From positions 1,662,970 to 1,694,969 of the forward strand of contig NC_003551.1 of NCBI RefSeq assembly GCF_000007185.1: 32,000 bases of DNA, read 5' to 3'. This stretch comes from Methanopyrus kandleri AV19 (GTDB taxonomy: Archaea; JAADCQ01; Methanopyri; Methanopyrales; Methanopyraceae). Under the pieces are notes generated by a model. The model was given only the letters and a program-made list of their open reading frames with translations, ran no database searches and was not told the DNA's origin. Every line of letters starts with the position of its first letter. The first letter of the stretch is position 1. Positions 15,392 through 24,250 of this stretch are shown here, piece by piece. Made by a program: the position numbers and the translations under genes.

Positions 15392-15856
15392 ATGGCCGTG
15401 GAGCTACCCAAGGCTGCCATCGAGAGGATCTTCCGGCAGGGTATTGGTGAGAGACGGTTGAGCCAGGATGCGAAGGATACTATCTACGACTTCGTTCCAA
15501 CAATGGCGGAGTACGTAGCCAACGCGGCTAAGTCCGTACTGGACGCTTCCGGCAAGAAGACGCTGATGGAGGAGCACCTGAAGGCGCTGGCCGACGTCCT
15601 CATGGTGGAAGGTGTTGAAGACTACGACGGTGAGCTGTTCGGCCGAGCGACGGTACGCCGCATCCTGAAGCGAGCTGGGATCGAGAGAGCTAGCTCGGAC
15701 GCCGTCGACCTGTACAACAAGCTGATCTGCCGTGCCACGGAGGAGCTGGGTGAGAAGGCCGCCGAGTATGCGGACGAAGACGGCAGGAAGACCGTACAGG
15801 GAGAGGACGTCGAAAAGGCCATCACGTACTCCATGCCCAAGGGTGGAGAGCTCTAA
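15392..15856 (+). CDS. hmk: Doublet (two histone folds in one chain) archaeal histone HMk
   Basis: MAVELPKAAIERIFRQGIGERRLSQDAKDTIYDFVPTMAEYVANAAKSVLDASGKKTLMEEHLKALADVL… + …GRATVRRILKRAGIERASSDAVDLYNKLICRATEELGEKAAEYADEDGRKTVQGEDVEKAI gives two tandem histone folds in 154 aa. ATG 15392 is preceded by GGGGGAG. The track's 15362 start adds 10 non-family residues. Confidence 0.9.
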   Translation: MAVELPKAAIERIFRQGIGERRLSQDAKDTIYDFVPTMAEYVANAAKSVLDASGKKTLMEEHLKALADVLMVEGVEDYDGELFGRATVRRILKRAGIERASSDAVDLYNKLICRATEELGEKAAEYADEDGRKTVQGEDVEKAITYSMPKGGEL

Positions 15857-15912
15857 GCCTTTCTTCCCCCCGGCCGAATTGTTATGAGAACTTGAACGAT
15901 TCGCGCGACGGC

Positions 15913-18138
15913 TTAGCTCCAGAGGAAACGCCGTATCTCCCTGGCCTTCCGTTCCCCTATCCCCTTAACGCGTTTCAACTCAGATGGACTAGCGTTCACG
16001 ACGTCGCCTATGGATCCGAACTCGTCCAACAGCCTCCGAGCCAGCTCCGGTCCAACTCCCGGGATACATGACAACATCTCCACCCGAAGATCCTCGGTTG
16101 ACCTACGCTTCCGTGGCCTCGGCCTCTGTCGCTCCTCGAACCTTTTGGCCATCCGGTAGAGTAGCTCCGCAGTTTCCTCCGGTCCCGCCGACTGAAGCAC
16201 AGAGATTCCGAAGTCGACGGCGAGCGTCGCCAGTGCTCCATCAACGGCTTCCGGCTCGATCTCCCTCCTCGGGTTCCCCTCCACGATAATTACGGCACGG
16301 TCGAACTCTCGGGTCATCTCTCGAGCTTGATCCATTAACCTACCGTCCAGGAGAGACCTGGCGAAATCGGATTCCGACTTGCGCTCCACACCGACGCCCT
16401 CACCTACGACGTAGTCCGCCAGTTCTAACGTGTCTCTCTCTAGGACCACGGGCTTTCTCCTGAGGTGCTCCACAACCTTGGTGTTGAGTTCACGCGAGTC
16501 CACTACGATGACGGGAGCCCTGCTCGGTGGACGCACTTCATCGCGCTCGCGTTTGCTACGACCCCCACCTACGAACTGATCTAGCGTCTTCGCCCTCGAA
16601 CGCAACTTTCTGAGGTTTTTGCTCGTAGCGGTCGTCTTCCCTTTCCTCTTCCGCAACCACTCCTGCACGCGCATCACTGCCTCCAACATCTTCTTCTCAC
16701 GACGCCTCGCGACGTGAAAGTAGATCTCGTCCAAGGTGGGAAAGGAACCTCTAGCGACGAGAACGTGAGCGTTACCCACGGCACCATCCCTCGCGGTACG
16801 TCCGATCCGCTGGATCGTCCTTATTTCCGAGGGAACCGGCTCGTACAGCACCACCTCCTCGCAGGTCGGAAGGTCCAGTCCCTCCTCCCCTACGCTCGTC
16901 GACACGAGAACACGACACTCTCCCCGTTTGATCGATTTTATGACGTCCAGCTGCTCGTGCTCCTTCATGTGTTCCTTGCCGAGCAACACCCCGACGGATA
17001 TCCCAATCTCCTTGAGGTAATCGGCGATCAGCTTGGCGGTGTCCACGTATTGCGTGAACACCAGCGCGGACTCGACGTCTTTCACTAACTCCTCAACCTC
17101 GGGTAGTTTCGGGTGATCCGGTTCGTCCCGGAGTGACGCCGATTTGCACTCTCGTACGGCGCGCTGGAAGTTCGGATCTCCGAGTATCCTCCGTAGCGAG
17201 GAACCGCCGCTCGACCGTTTGCGTTCCGTAAGGCGCTCGACGTACCGTAGGAAAGGTTCGATTCCTTGGGTTTCCAGGATCTCCCTCGCCCTAGCTATCC
17301 GGAGGGCTTCCGCTACGACTCCGAGAGCTCGTGAGCACCAACTGGCGCGTTCTCGGCGCTTCGCCATCTGTTCCCTGATCTCCTCCCTGAGCGACAGCAG
17401 CTTTCCCACCCACACGTTACGCGAGGATTGTAGGAACCCCATGTCCTCCAGTAACTCCAGCCTGCGCTCGAAAGCCCGCTGCAGCTCCCGTCTAGCGTTG
17501 TCGAACCATTCCGGCAGTTCGACGTCAACCCACTCAACTTTCACTCTTCCTAAGTACTTTTTAACGTCTGGATCCTCCTCTGTTTTAACTATAATGCGTT
17601 CTATCCCAAGATTTTGCACTACCTCTTTTATGCGTTTCACATCCGATCCAGGCGACGCTGTAAGGCCAACTTTCAGGCAATTAAACTCCTTTGATACATA
17701 CACATATGGGTAACCTCCAACCGCTCTATGCGCCTCATCAAATATCACAACGGATGCCTCATCAGGGTCAATTCTACCCTCTATAATGTCATTGCGGATT
17801 ACATGCGGTGTTGCAACAATTACGTCGGATTTTTTCCACTCGACTTTCCTTCGTTCCGGTCGCACCCTACCCGTGAGTGCTTTCACGTCCAATCCTCGTG
17901 TAGCTCGCTCTATGAATCGGGCGTGTTGATTCACTAGCGGTACGGTGGGAGCTAAGAACACGGCCCGGCCTTCGTCCACGAGTTCCGAGAGTACCATCAC
18001 ACCGATCGCGGTCTTACCTAGCCCGGTGGGTATCACCACCAGAGTGTTGTCCATTGAATCGAGAATCTCGGCTGCTACGGACACTTGGTACTCGCGACGC
18101 TCCAGGAAGTTCCAATTCACCCGTCTCCATGCAGGCAT
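15913..18138 (-). CDS. hef: Hef helicase-nuclease (SF2 DEAH helicase + ERCC4/XPF nuclease + (HhH)2)
   Basis: 741 aa. Contains VIPTGLGKT (Walker A), FDEAHRAVG (DEAH), GRTAR (motif VI), the ERCC4 core VVDSRE…[10 protein letters not shown], and a C-terminal [13 protein letters not shown]…[12 protein letters not shown]. Confidence 0.9.
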
Positions 18139-18884
18139 TCCCGGATCACCTCCTCGGCCCGACGCCGGAACTCCCGGACGGCCTTTTCCGGATCCTCCAC
18201 GGAGGACACTATCTCACGGCGCAGTTCACTGAGCTTGCGCCCTAGCTCTTGGGTAGCCGCGCCTGTCTCGGAGAGTCGACGCATCAGCTCCCCCATAACC
18301 TGACGGGTGCGTACGTCGACTTCATTCACGGAGGAGGGGTCAGTGCGCCGACGTCGCTTTTTGGGCTTCTCGACGCGTAGACCCGACTCGACGAACTCGA
18401 GAACTTCCTCGGAAACCCGAGAATCGTCTAGAACCAAGGTCGCACGCTCCCACCACCGATCCGGCTCGGGTGGTTCAAACCTATCATAAATTCTACGAAC
18501 GACCTCCTCCGGGATAGGTTCACCTCGCTCGCGGTTCCTACGTAGGCACGTATCTAAACCGGTACGGAGGTACACTATCCCCCACGGAACTTTCCTCTCC
18601 AAGGCCAGGAGAGCCAACTCACGCCGCATGCTGGAATAGTAATTAGTGTCGTCCGCTATCACCAGGTCTAGCTCGGCGTCCAGACACGTCTCAACGGACT
18701 TCAAAAAGAGTTCCCGGGCCACCTGCTCGAGTTTCGGGTCGAACTCATCCCATAGGAATCCGCGGAGAGCGTCCGCCTCCACATGGGCCACTCGCCAGCC
18801 TTCCTGCCGGAGTTCCCGAGCCAGCTCCCGCGCGAAACACGTTTTACCTGACCCGGGCGGGCCGGTGAGTATCAGCAGTCGCAA
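18117..18884 (-). CDS. pstK: O-phosphoseryl-tRNA(Sec) kinase (PSTK)
   Basis: 255 aa with a TTG start. [12 protein letters not shown] (P-loop) and [65 protein letters not shown] parallel M. jannaschii PSTK as remembered (…VDDTNYYNSKRRDL…[33 protein letters not shown]). The length matches. Confidence 0.75.
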
Positions 18885-18892
18885 CCTTTGTA

Positions 18893-18905
18893 ACCCCCAG
18901 GGGGT
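18893..18905. repeat. Palindrome ACCCCC-A-GGGGGT between the head-to-head pstK and arsA/get3 starts (SD-like on both strands)
   Basis: Read directly. GGGGGT lies 3 nt before GTG 18909 and 6 nt before ATG 18912 on the + strand. On the minus strand, GGGGGT lies 8 nt before TTG 18884. Confidence 0.6.
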
Positions 18906-18908
18906 CTG

Positions 18909-19913
18909 GTGATGGGCATCTCGGAGAAACTCGGGCTATCGAAGGGTCAGCGGTACGTCTTCTTCGGCGGTAAAGGAGGAGTCGGAAAAACAACCTGTGC
19001 CGCGGCCACTGCCGTGTGGCTATCCGAGGAGGAAGGGAAGGAAGTACTAGTGGTCTCAACGGATCCGGCGCACTCGCTCTCGGACATTTTCGATCAGAAC
19101 ATCGGCTCGGAGCCTACCCCGATCGAAGGTGTAGAGGGACTCAAGGCGATCGAAATCGATCCGGAGAAAGCTGCGGAAGAGTACGTCGAGGTGATGAAGC
19201 GAGTGTACGAGATGTCGAAGGATAAGGGAATGGAAGACCTGTTCGGAGGCGAAGACCTGCTCAAAGAGCAAGAGGAACTGCTGAAATCATCGCCGGGTAT
19301 CGACGAGGCGGCGGCGTTCCAGAAGTTCATGGAACTGATGAAGGATGACTCGTACGACGTGATCGTGTTCGATACCGCCCCCACGGGCCACACCCTGAGG
19401 TTCCTCTCAGTACCCGAGACGCTGGAACGCCAGGTGAAGACGATGATCAAAGTCAGACGGACCCTGCGTCAAGTCAGCAAGATGCTGAAGACGCTGATAC
19501 CGTTCGCCGACTCGGATGAGGACGAAGAAGACGAGATCCTGGAGAATCTGGAGAAGATGAAGAAGGAGATCGAGGAAATACGAGAGACCTTAAGCGACGC
19601 ATCGCTGACGGCCTTCCGGCTGGTGATGACTCCGGAAGAGATGGCAATTTACGAGGCACGCCGCGCCCTACGTACGCTGAACCACTACGAGATTCCCGTC
19701 GATATGGTCATCGTGAACAAGGTAATGCCGAAACGAGCGGACGAGTGCGAGTTCTGTCGCACTCGTCGTAAGATGGAAGAGAAGCGTCTCAAGCTAGTGG
19801 AGAAGTACTTCGGAGACAAGGAGATACACCAGATTCCGATGTTTGCGGAGGAAGTGCGCGGTCTGGGGAAGATCCGTCAAGTCGCCGAGATACTGTACGG
19901 TGAACCGGCCTGA
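18909..19913 (+). CDS. arsA: ArsA/Get3(TRC40)-family ATPase
   Basis: 334 aa. Contains [12 protein letters not shown] (deviant Walker A), [22 protein letters not shown] (family signature) and a CEFC pair near the C-terminus. There are no arsB, arsC or arsR neighbours. Confidence 0.85.
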   Translation: MMGISEKLGLSKGQRYVFFGGKGGVGKTTCAAATAVWLSEEEGKEVLVVSTDPAHSLSDIFDQNIGSEPTPIEGVEGLKAIEIDPEKAAEEYVEVMKRVYEMSKDKGMEDLFGGEDLLKEQEELLKSSPGIDEAAAFQKFMELMKDDSYDVIVFDTAPTGHTLRFLSVPETLERQVKTMIKVRRTLRQVSKMLKTLIPFADSDEDEEDEILENLEKMKKEIEEIRETLSDASLTAFRLVMTPEEMAIYEARRALRTLNHYEIPVDMVIVNKVMPKRADECEFCRTRRKMEEKRLKLVEKYFGDKEIHQIPMFAEEVRGLGKIRQVAEILYGEPA

Positions 19914-19924
19914 GGGTCAGCGTC

Positions 19925-20608
19925 TTGGTCAGGAAGCCGAAAAAGTTCCCGAAGCGCCGATACGAGCTCCACGCCCACACTTACCTGACCGACGGTGAGC
20001 TGCTACCGGCTGAGTTCCTACGGCGTGCGGAAGAGCTGAAGCACGAAGCGTTAGTGTTCACGGAGCACGTCGACCCGTCCAACCTTGAAGACGCCGTGTC
20101 CAGACTCGCCGAGGCTTGCGACGCGCTTCGAGGTTACTACCGGACGGAACCCGTACCCGGAGCCGAGTTGACCCACGTGCCGCCGGACTTGATTCCGGAG
20201 CTCGCGGAGGAGGCCCGAGATAACGGTGCCAGAGTGGTCCTCGTACACGGGGAGACACCCGCGGAGCCCGTCAAGCCAGGGACCAACGAGGTCGCCGCCA
20301 GCTGTGACGCCGTCGATGTGTTGGCTCACCCGGGGCTCATCGATCTAGAAACCGCCAGAATGGCGTCAGAGAACGGCGTCGCACTCGAGATCACAACTAA
20401 GCGCGGACACTGCCTCGCTAACGGATGGGTGGTCCGAGTTGCTTTAGAAACGGATGTCGAGTTGGTACTGAACACGGACGCACATCTCCCGGGAGACCTC
20501 CTGAAACCCGAGGAAGCCGCCACGGCGGCCATGGGGGCGGGACTTCCAGAAAAAATGTTGAAATGGGTGCTCGAGGAAGTGCCGAGGAAGATCCTGAAAA
20601 AGCGCTAG
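19925..20608 (+). CDS. PHP-domain metal-dependent phosphoesterase
   Basis: 227 aa with a TTG start. All the PHP motifs are present: ELHAHT…DGE, FTEHVD, VHGE, LAHP, NTDAH. Confidence 0.75.
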   Translation: MVRKPKKFPKRRYELHAHTYLTDGELLPAEFLRRAEELKHEALVFTEHVDPSNLEDAVSRLAEACDALRGYYRTEPVPGAELTHVPPDLIPELAEEARDNGARVVLVHGETPAEPVKPGTNEVAASCDAVDVLAHPGLIDLETARMASENGVALEITTKRGHCLANGWVVRVALETDVELVLNTDAHLPGDLLKPEEAATAAMGAGLPEKMLKWVLEEVPRKILKKR

Positions 20609-23571
20609 CCCTTGACCACACCGATCGGCCTGAGTCTCACGACGGGGTCCGAGATTCCAGCCTCAGCGACTGCCCGCACCACCTCATCGACGTCCTTATA
20701 CGCCGGAGGAGCCTCCTCCGCGACCACCGGCATACTCGCGGCCTTCACCAGGATCCCCTGGCGCTCGAGCTCCCTGGCCACATCCTCGCCCCAGAACTTC
20801 CGCTTCGCCGCGGCCCTGCTCATGGTACGTCCCGCTCCGTGGCAGGTGCTGCCCCAGGTCTCTTCCATCGCCTTCTCCGTGCCGATCAGGATGTACGAGC
20901 CCGTCCCCATGTCTCCCGGGATGAGTACCGGCTGCGGCAGTCCCTCGAACGGTACGGGTTCTCCGTGCTTCTTCAGGGCCTCCTCCGAGAAGGCTCGGGT
21001 GGCGCCCTTCCTGTGTACCACCAGCCACCGCTCCTCGCCGTCGACCGGGTGCTTCTCTATCTTGGCCATGTTGTGGGCGATATCGTAAATCACCTCGATA
21101 CCCATGTCATCGGCGTCGCCGTACTCGTCTCCGAATACCTCTACGAACGACTCTCTGGTCCAGTGCGAGATCATCTGACGGTTTGCGAACGCGTAGTTGG
21201 CCGCGGCGTTCATCGCGTTGAAGTACCTCTTGGCCTCGTCGGTACCCATCGCGGCGCACGCTAGCTGGCGGTCCGGGATCCTCACGCCGAACCTCCGCTC
21301 TACGTCACGCATGGACCGCTCCATGATCCTGAGGTGGTCGGAGCAGACCTGATGACCGAATCCTCGGGAACCCGTGTGAACCATGATGGTGACCTGTCCC
21401 TCCTCACGGATTCCCATCTTCTCGGCCGCTTCCTTGTCGTAAATCTCGTCGACGACCTGCACCTCGAGGAAGTGGTTACCCGAACCCAACGTACCCAGCT
21501 GCGGTCGACCACGCTCGATAGCACGCTTGCTGGCGACGTCGTCCCTAGGTCCGTACTCCTCCCAACCGATGGTCTCGTAAGCGTGCGTCATGTTACCGCG
21601 GGATTCGATGTGGTCGAGATCCTCATCGAACCCGAATCCCTCTTCCACGGCCCACTCGGCACCGTACAGCATGACCTGTCGGAGCTCCTGCGTCGACAGA
21701 CGGACGCGACGATGCCGCGATCCCAAGCCGGCAGGTACGTTGCGGAAGATGGTCTCTAAGAGCTCCCTCAGCTTAGGCCGCACATCGTCTTCGGTTAAGT
21801 CAGTTTTCATCACTCTTACACCGCAGTTGTGCACCACGACACCATCGGCGATGAAGTTGTGAGCCCCGTGGCAGACGCCGATGTCGTAGAACCTGTCGTA
21901 CTCCGGCTCGACCCCCTTTACCTCCACCACCTCCTCGATTACGAACCCGCCAGCGAGTACCCTTTCCTCCTTGAACCTCTCGAACGTCGGGAAGTCCTCG
22001 GGCACCCTGACGCTCGAGATTCCTCCGTCGTAGACCACCCTCTCGACGAAGCGCCTGTTGACGACATCTGCGACGGCTTCGTGCGCCTTCGTGATACTCC
22101 CCGTTTCTTCGTACACCTCTGCGGCGGTCTCCGCGGCCTCCTTTCGGTCTTTCTTGACCCGCTCCTTGAGTTTCAGGTACGCGTAGGCGGCGAGCCCCTC
22201 GACCTTCTTCTCCGGATCGTACTCGTACCCGACCTTCCCGAGGAACCGCTTGATGTTCTCCTCACCGACGATGGCCAGTTTGTAGACGACATTCTTCTTC
22301 GACTTCACCTCGTACAACGTCGTCTCGATTCCGAACTCCCTCAGGAGCTTCGCGACGTCGTTCATGAACTCACGTAGGTTCTCTTCGAGCTCTTCCACCT
22401 TCGCTTGGGTCAGATTGATCGGTAGGGGCGTGTAGCGCTTGAACTTGACCACGCTGCCGTCCGCCGCGAAGAGACCCGCCAGGAAGTTCCTCTTGACCCA
22501 CAGGGGAGCCTCCTTGATCCAATCGGGCACCTTGTACGGTGTCTCGACCTTCCGACCCCTCGGCATGCCCAGCTTCTCCATCAGAAGGGCGAAGGACCTC
22601 GATGCTACCCTCAGCTCGACCGAGGTCGCTTCGCCCTCGTAGCGTCCGCTAGCGGTTTCGATCTCGTACCTCCGCTTCCGGACGTGGAGGTTGGCCTTCA
22701 CACCGAGGCTCTCCAGGTCTCTCTTCAGCTCCCGAAGCGTTCTCTCGTCACCGTAGAAAGACAGCGTGAGCCTTCCGGCCTGCTCGCCCAGATGACCGTC
22801 GCCCATGGCGAAGCCCAAGATCCTAGCGAGCGTACCCACCTTGGGATCGCTCCAACGCAGCGGAATCAGGTCACGTTCCTCGAGGTACCTCAGAACTTGC
22901 GGGTCTACATCCTCGAAGTCGCTTTCGTCGAGTATCGTCCCCTCCTTCTCCTCGTATTCCACGCCTTCGAACGGGTATACGACGACCAGGTCTCCTTCCT
23001 CGATCTCACCCAGCTCGACGTACCCCTCAGGCGTCAGGACCGGGTGGTCCTCGCTACCCTCGATGGTCAGGCCGCTCTCCGTGACGAGCACTACTGCCCT
23101 CTCGTCCTCTTCGATTCCACGTTCCATCACGAACTTAATCTCCGAGTCGTCCTCACGCCCCTCATCTACGTCGTACACCTTCAGCTTCTGGTCTGTCAAC
23201 ATCTTCGGGAGGTCCTCAACTTTCACCCAACAACCGTGCTCGGTGAGGATCTTCGTACCCGGTGCTAAGCAGTTAATATCGTAACCCACACCTCCAGGGC
23301 TTACAACTCCCTCTTCGACGTCGAATGCTGCAACTCCACCTATCGGGAACCCGTATCCGTAGTGGGCATCTGGAAGCGCTATTGAGTATCCGTAAATGCC
23401 AGGTAAGCAAGCCACGTTTGCAACCTGGTCGAATACACCCTTCTCCATTCCGTCGATGAGCTTCTCCGTTGCGTAGATGCGACCCGGAACCTTCATACAT
23501 CCCTTATAGTCCTCAGGTAGTTCCCACACGACGTTGTTGCGGATGTGCTTCAGCATCGACTTCGGGGCCAC
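20605..23571 (-). CDS. rtcB: RNA-splicing ligase RtcB, interrupted by an intein
   Basis: The exteins read …LPGIYGYSIALPDAHYGYGFPIGGVAAFD…GGVGYDIN | CGVRVMKTDL…GSGNHFLEVQ…HTGSRGFGHQV…GSTCHGAGR… This is canonical RtcB (~506 aa without the insert). Confidence 0.95.
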   Translation of the reverse strand: MAPKSMLKHIRNNVVWELPEDYKGCMKVPGRIYATEKLIDGMEKGVFDQVANVACLPGIYGYSIALPDAHYGYGFPIGGVAAFDVEEGVVSPGGVGYDINCLAPGTKILTEHGCWVKVEDLPKMLTDQKLKVYDVDEGREDDSEIKFVMERGIEEDERAVVLVTESGLTIEGSEDHPVLTPEGYVELGEIEEGDLVVVYPFEGVEYEEKEGTILDESDFEDVDPQVLRYLEERDLIPLRWSDPKVGTLARILGFAMGDGHLGEQAGRLTLSFYGDERTLRELKRDLESLGVKANLHVRKRRYEIETASGRYEGEATSVELRVASRSFALLMEKLGMPRGRKVETPYKVPDWIKEAPLWVKRNFLAGLFAADGSVVKFKRYTPLPINLTQAKVEELEENLREFMNDVAKLLREFGIETTLYEVKSKKNVVYKLAIVGEENIKRFLGKVGYEYDPEKKVEGLAAYAYLKLKERVKKDRKEAAETAAEVYEETGSITKAHEAVADVVNRRFVERVVYDGGISSVRVPEDFPTFERFKEERVLAGGFVIEEVVEVKGVEPEYDRFYDIGVCHGAHNFIADGVVVHNCGVRVMKTDLTEDDVRPKLRELLETIFRNVPAGLGSRHRRVRLSTQELRQVMLYGAEWAVEEGFGFDEDLDHIESRGNMTHAYETIGWEEYGPRDDVASKRAIERGRPQLGTLGSGNHFLEVQVVDEIYDKEAAEKMGIREEGQVTIMVHTGSRGFGHQVCSDHLRIMERSMRDVERRFGVRIPDRQLACAAMGTDEAKRYFNAMNAAANYAFANRQMISHWTRESFVEVFGDEYGDADDMGIEVIYDIAHNMAKIEKHPVDGEERWLVVHRKGATRAFSEEALKKHGEPVPFEGLPQPVLIPGDMGTGSYILIGTEKAMEETWGSTCHGAGRTMSRAAAKRKFWGEDVARELERQGILVKAASMPVVAEEAPPAYKDVDEVVRAVAEAGISDPVVRLRPIGVVKG
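21826..23271 (-). mobile_element. Intein (482 codons) with LAGLIDADG homing-endonuclease domain inside rtcB
   Basis: Starts at TGC 23271-23269 with CLAPGTKILTEHG. Block B is GSEDHPVLT. The LAGLIDADG motifs are ILGFAMGDGHLG (~22790-22830) and LAGLFAADGSV (~22450-22490). It ends HNFIADGVVVHN (AAC 21828-21826), followed by the extein Cys (TGC 21825-21823). Confidence 0.9.
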
Positions 23572-23584
23572 GGTGTTTCCCCCT

Positions 23585-24250
23585 TTATGGCGTTACGATT
23601 CGACTTGCCGACTCCGCTTCCGCCCCCTCCCTTAAGTATCGAACGGCCGTTTTCAACGCTTCGACTAAGTGCTCAACTTCTACCCCCGGCACACCGTGCG
23701 CGAGTAGGAGCACACGCTCGGTTTCGTCGGTCACCGCCGTCCTACGGGCATCACGGTAAGGAGACACGGATACGGGCCCATCCTCGTCTGCGACCACGAC
23801 GAAACGGTCGTCTAGTTCCATCCGCTCTCCGGCTATGTCCACCATAACCTCCCCACTCTCCGCGGGTCGAATGATCAGATCTCCCGTGAGCTTATCGGCG
23901 TCGAAGCAGCTGATCGGCACACGGTACTCGGCGGAGGCGAGATTGTAGGAGTCAACCACCGCGTTGATCCTCGGGAAGTTACCCCTCAGAGCGCGTCGCA
24001 GCAGGGCCTCTCCGGCCGGTCTCACCTTGGTGGGGTCTACGTCGATCGACCACAAGTAGTCCCGGTACGCGCGGACTATCGGATCGTCTTTCAAGTCGTC
24101 CAAATCGAACCGTTCGCGTAACCTCGCCGTAACTCGATCAACGAGCTCCGAGGCGTCGGCTCCGGGATCGACACCCTCAACTCTAACGTACGCGTAGCGT
24201 AGTCCCCTATCGTTAACCTCCGGGTCCACTTCGACCCGCATCTCCCGCAC
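23585..24250 (-). CDS. B3/B4 (PheT-like) tRNA-binding domain protein
   Basis: …FPRINAVVDSYNLASAEYRVPISCFDADKLTGDLIIRPAESGEVMVDIAGERMELDDRFVVVADEDGPVSV… fits the B3_4 domain pattern (NxVVDxxNxxxLexxxPxxxFDxDKLxGxIxxR…). The start is GTG 24250 or, more likely, ATG 24241 (GGGGTG 6 nt upstream). It lies 13 nt upstream of rtcB. Confidence 0.7.
   Translation of the reverse strand: MREMRVEVDPEVNDRGLRYAYVRVEGVDPGADASELVDRVTARLRERFDLDDLKDDPIVRAYRDYLWSIDVDPTKVRPAGEALLRRALRGNFPRINAVVDSYNLASAEYRVPISCFDADKLTGDLIIRPAESGEVMVDIAGERMELDDRFVVVADEDGPVSVSPYRDARRTAVTDETERVLLLAHGVPGVEVEHLVEALKTAVRYLREGAEAESASRIVTP

Noticed and set aside
19925-20608. PHP-like ORF as RNase P protein Rpp30
   Set aside because: Rpp30 lacks the metal-binding His and Asp motifs. 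This protein has the full PHP set (HAH, EH, HGE, AHP, DAH), so it is a bona fide PHP phosphoesterase.
20425-21264. 279-aa + strand ORF running from inside the PHP gene across into rtcB antisense
   Set aside because: It overlaps two confidently assigned genes in other frames or on the other strand, and its composition is Arg/Gly/His/Leu-rich. It is an artefact. The same reasoning applies to 10513..11076, 11361..11786, 12397..12879, 21829..22377, 22684..23268, 29741..30295 and 30856..31440.
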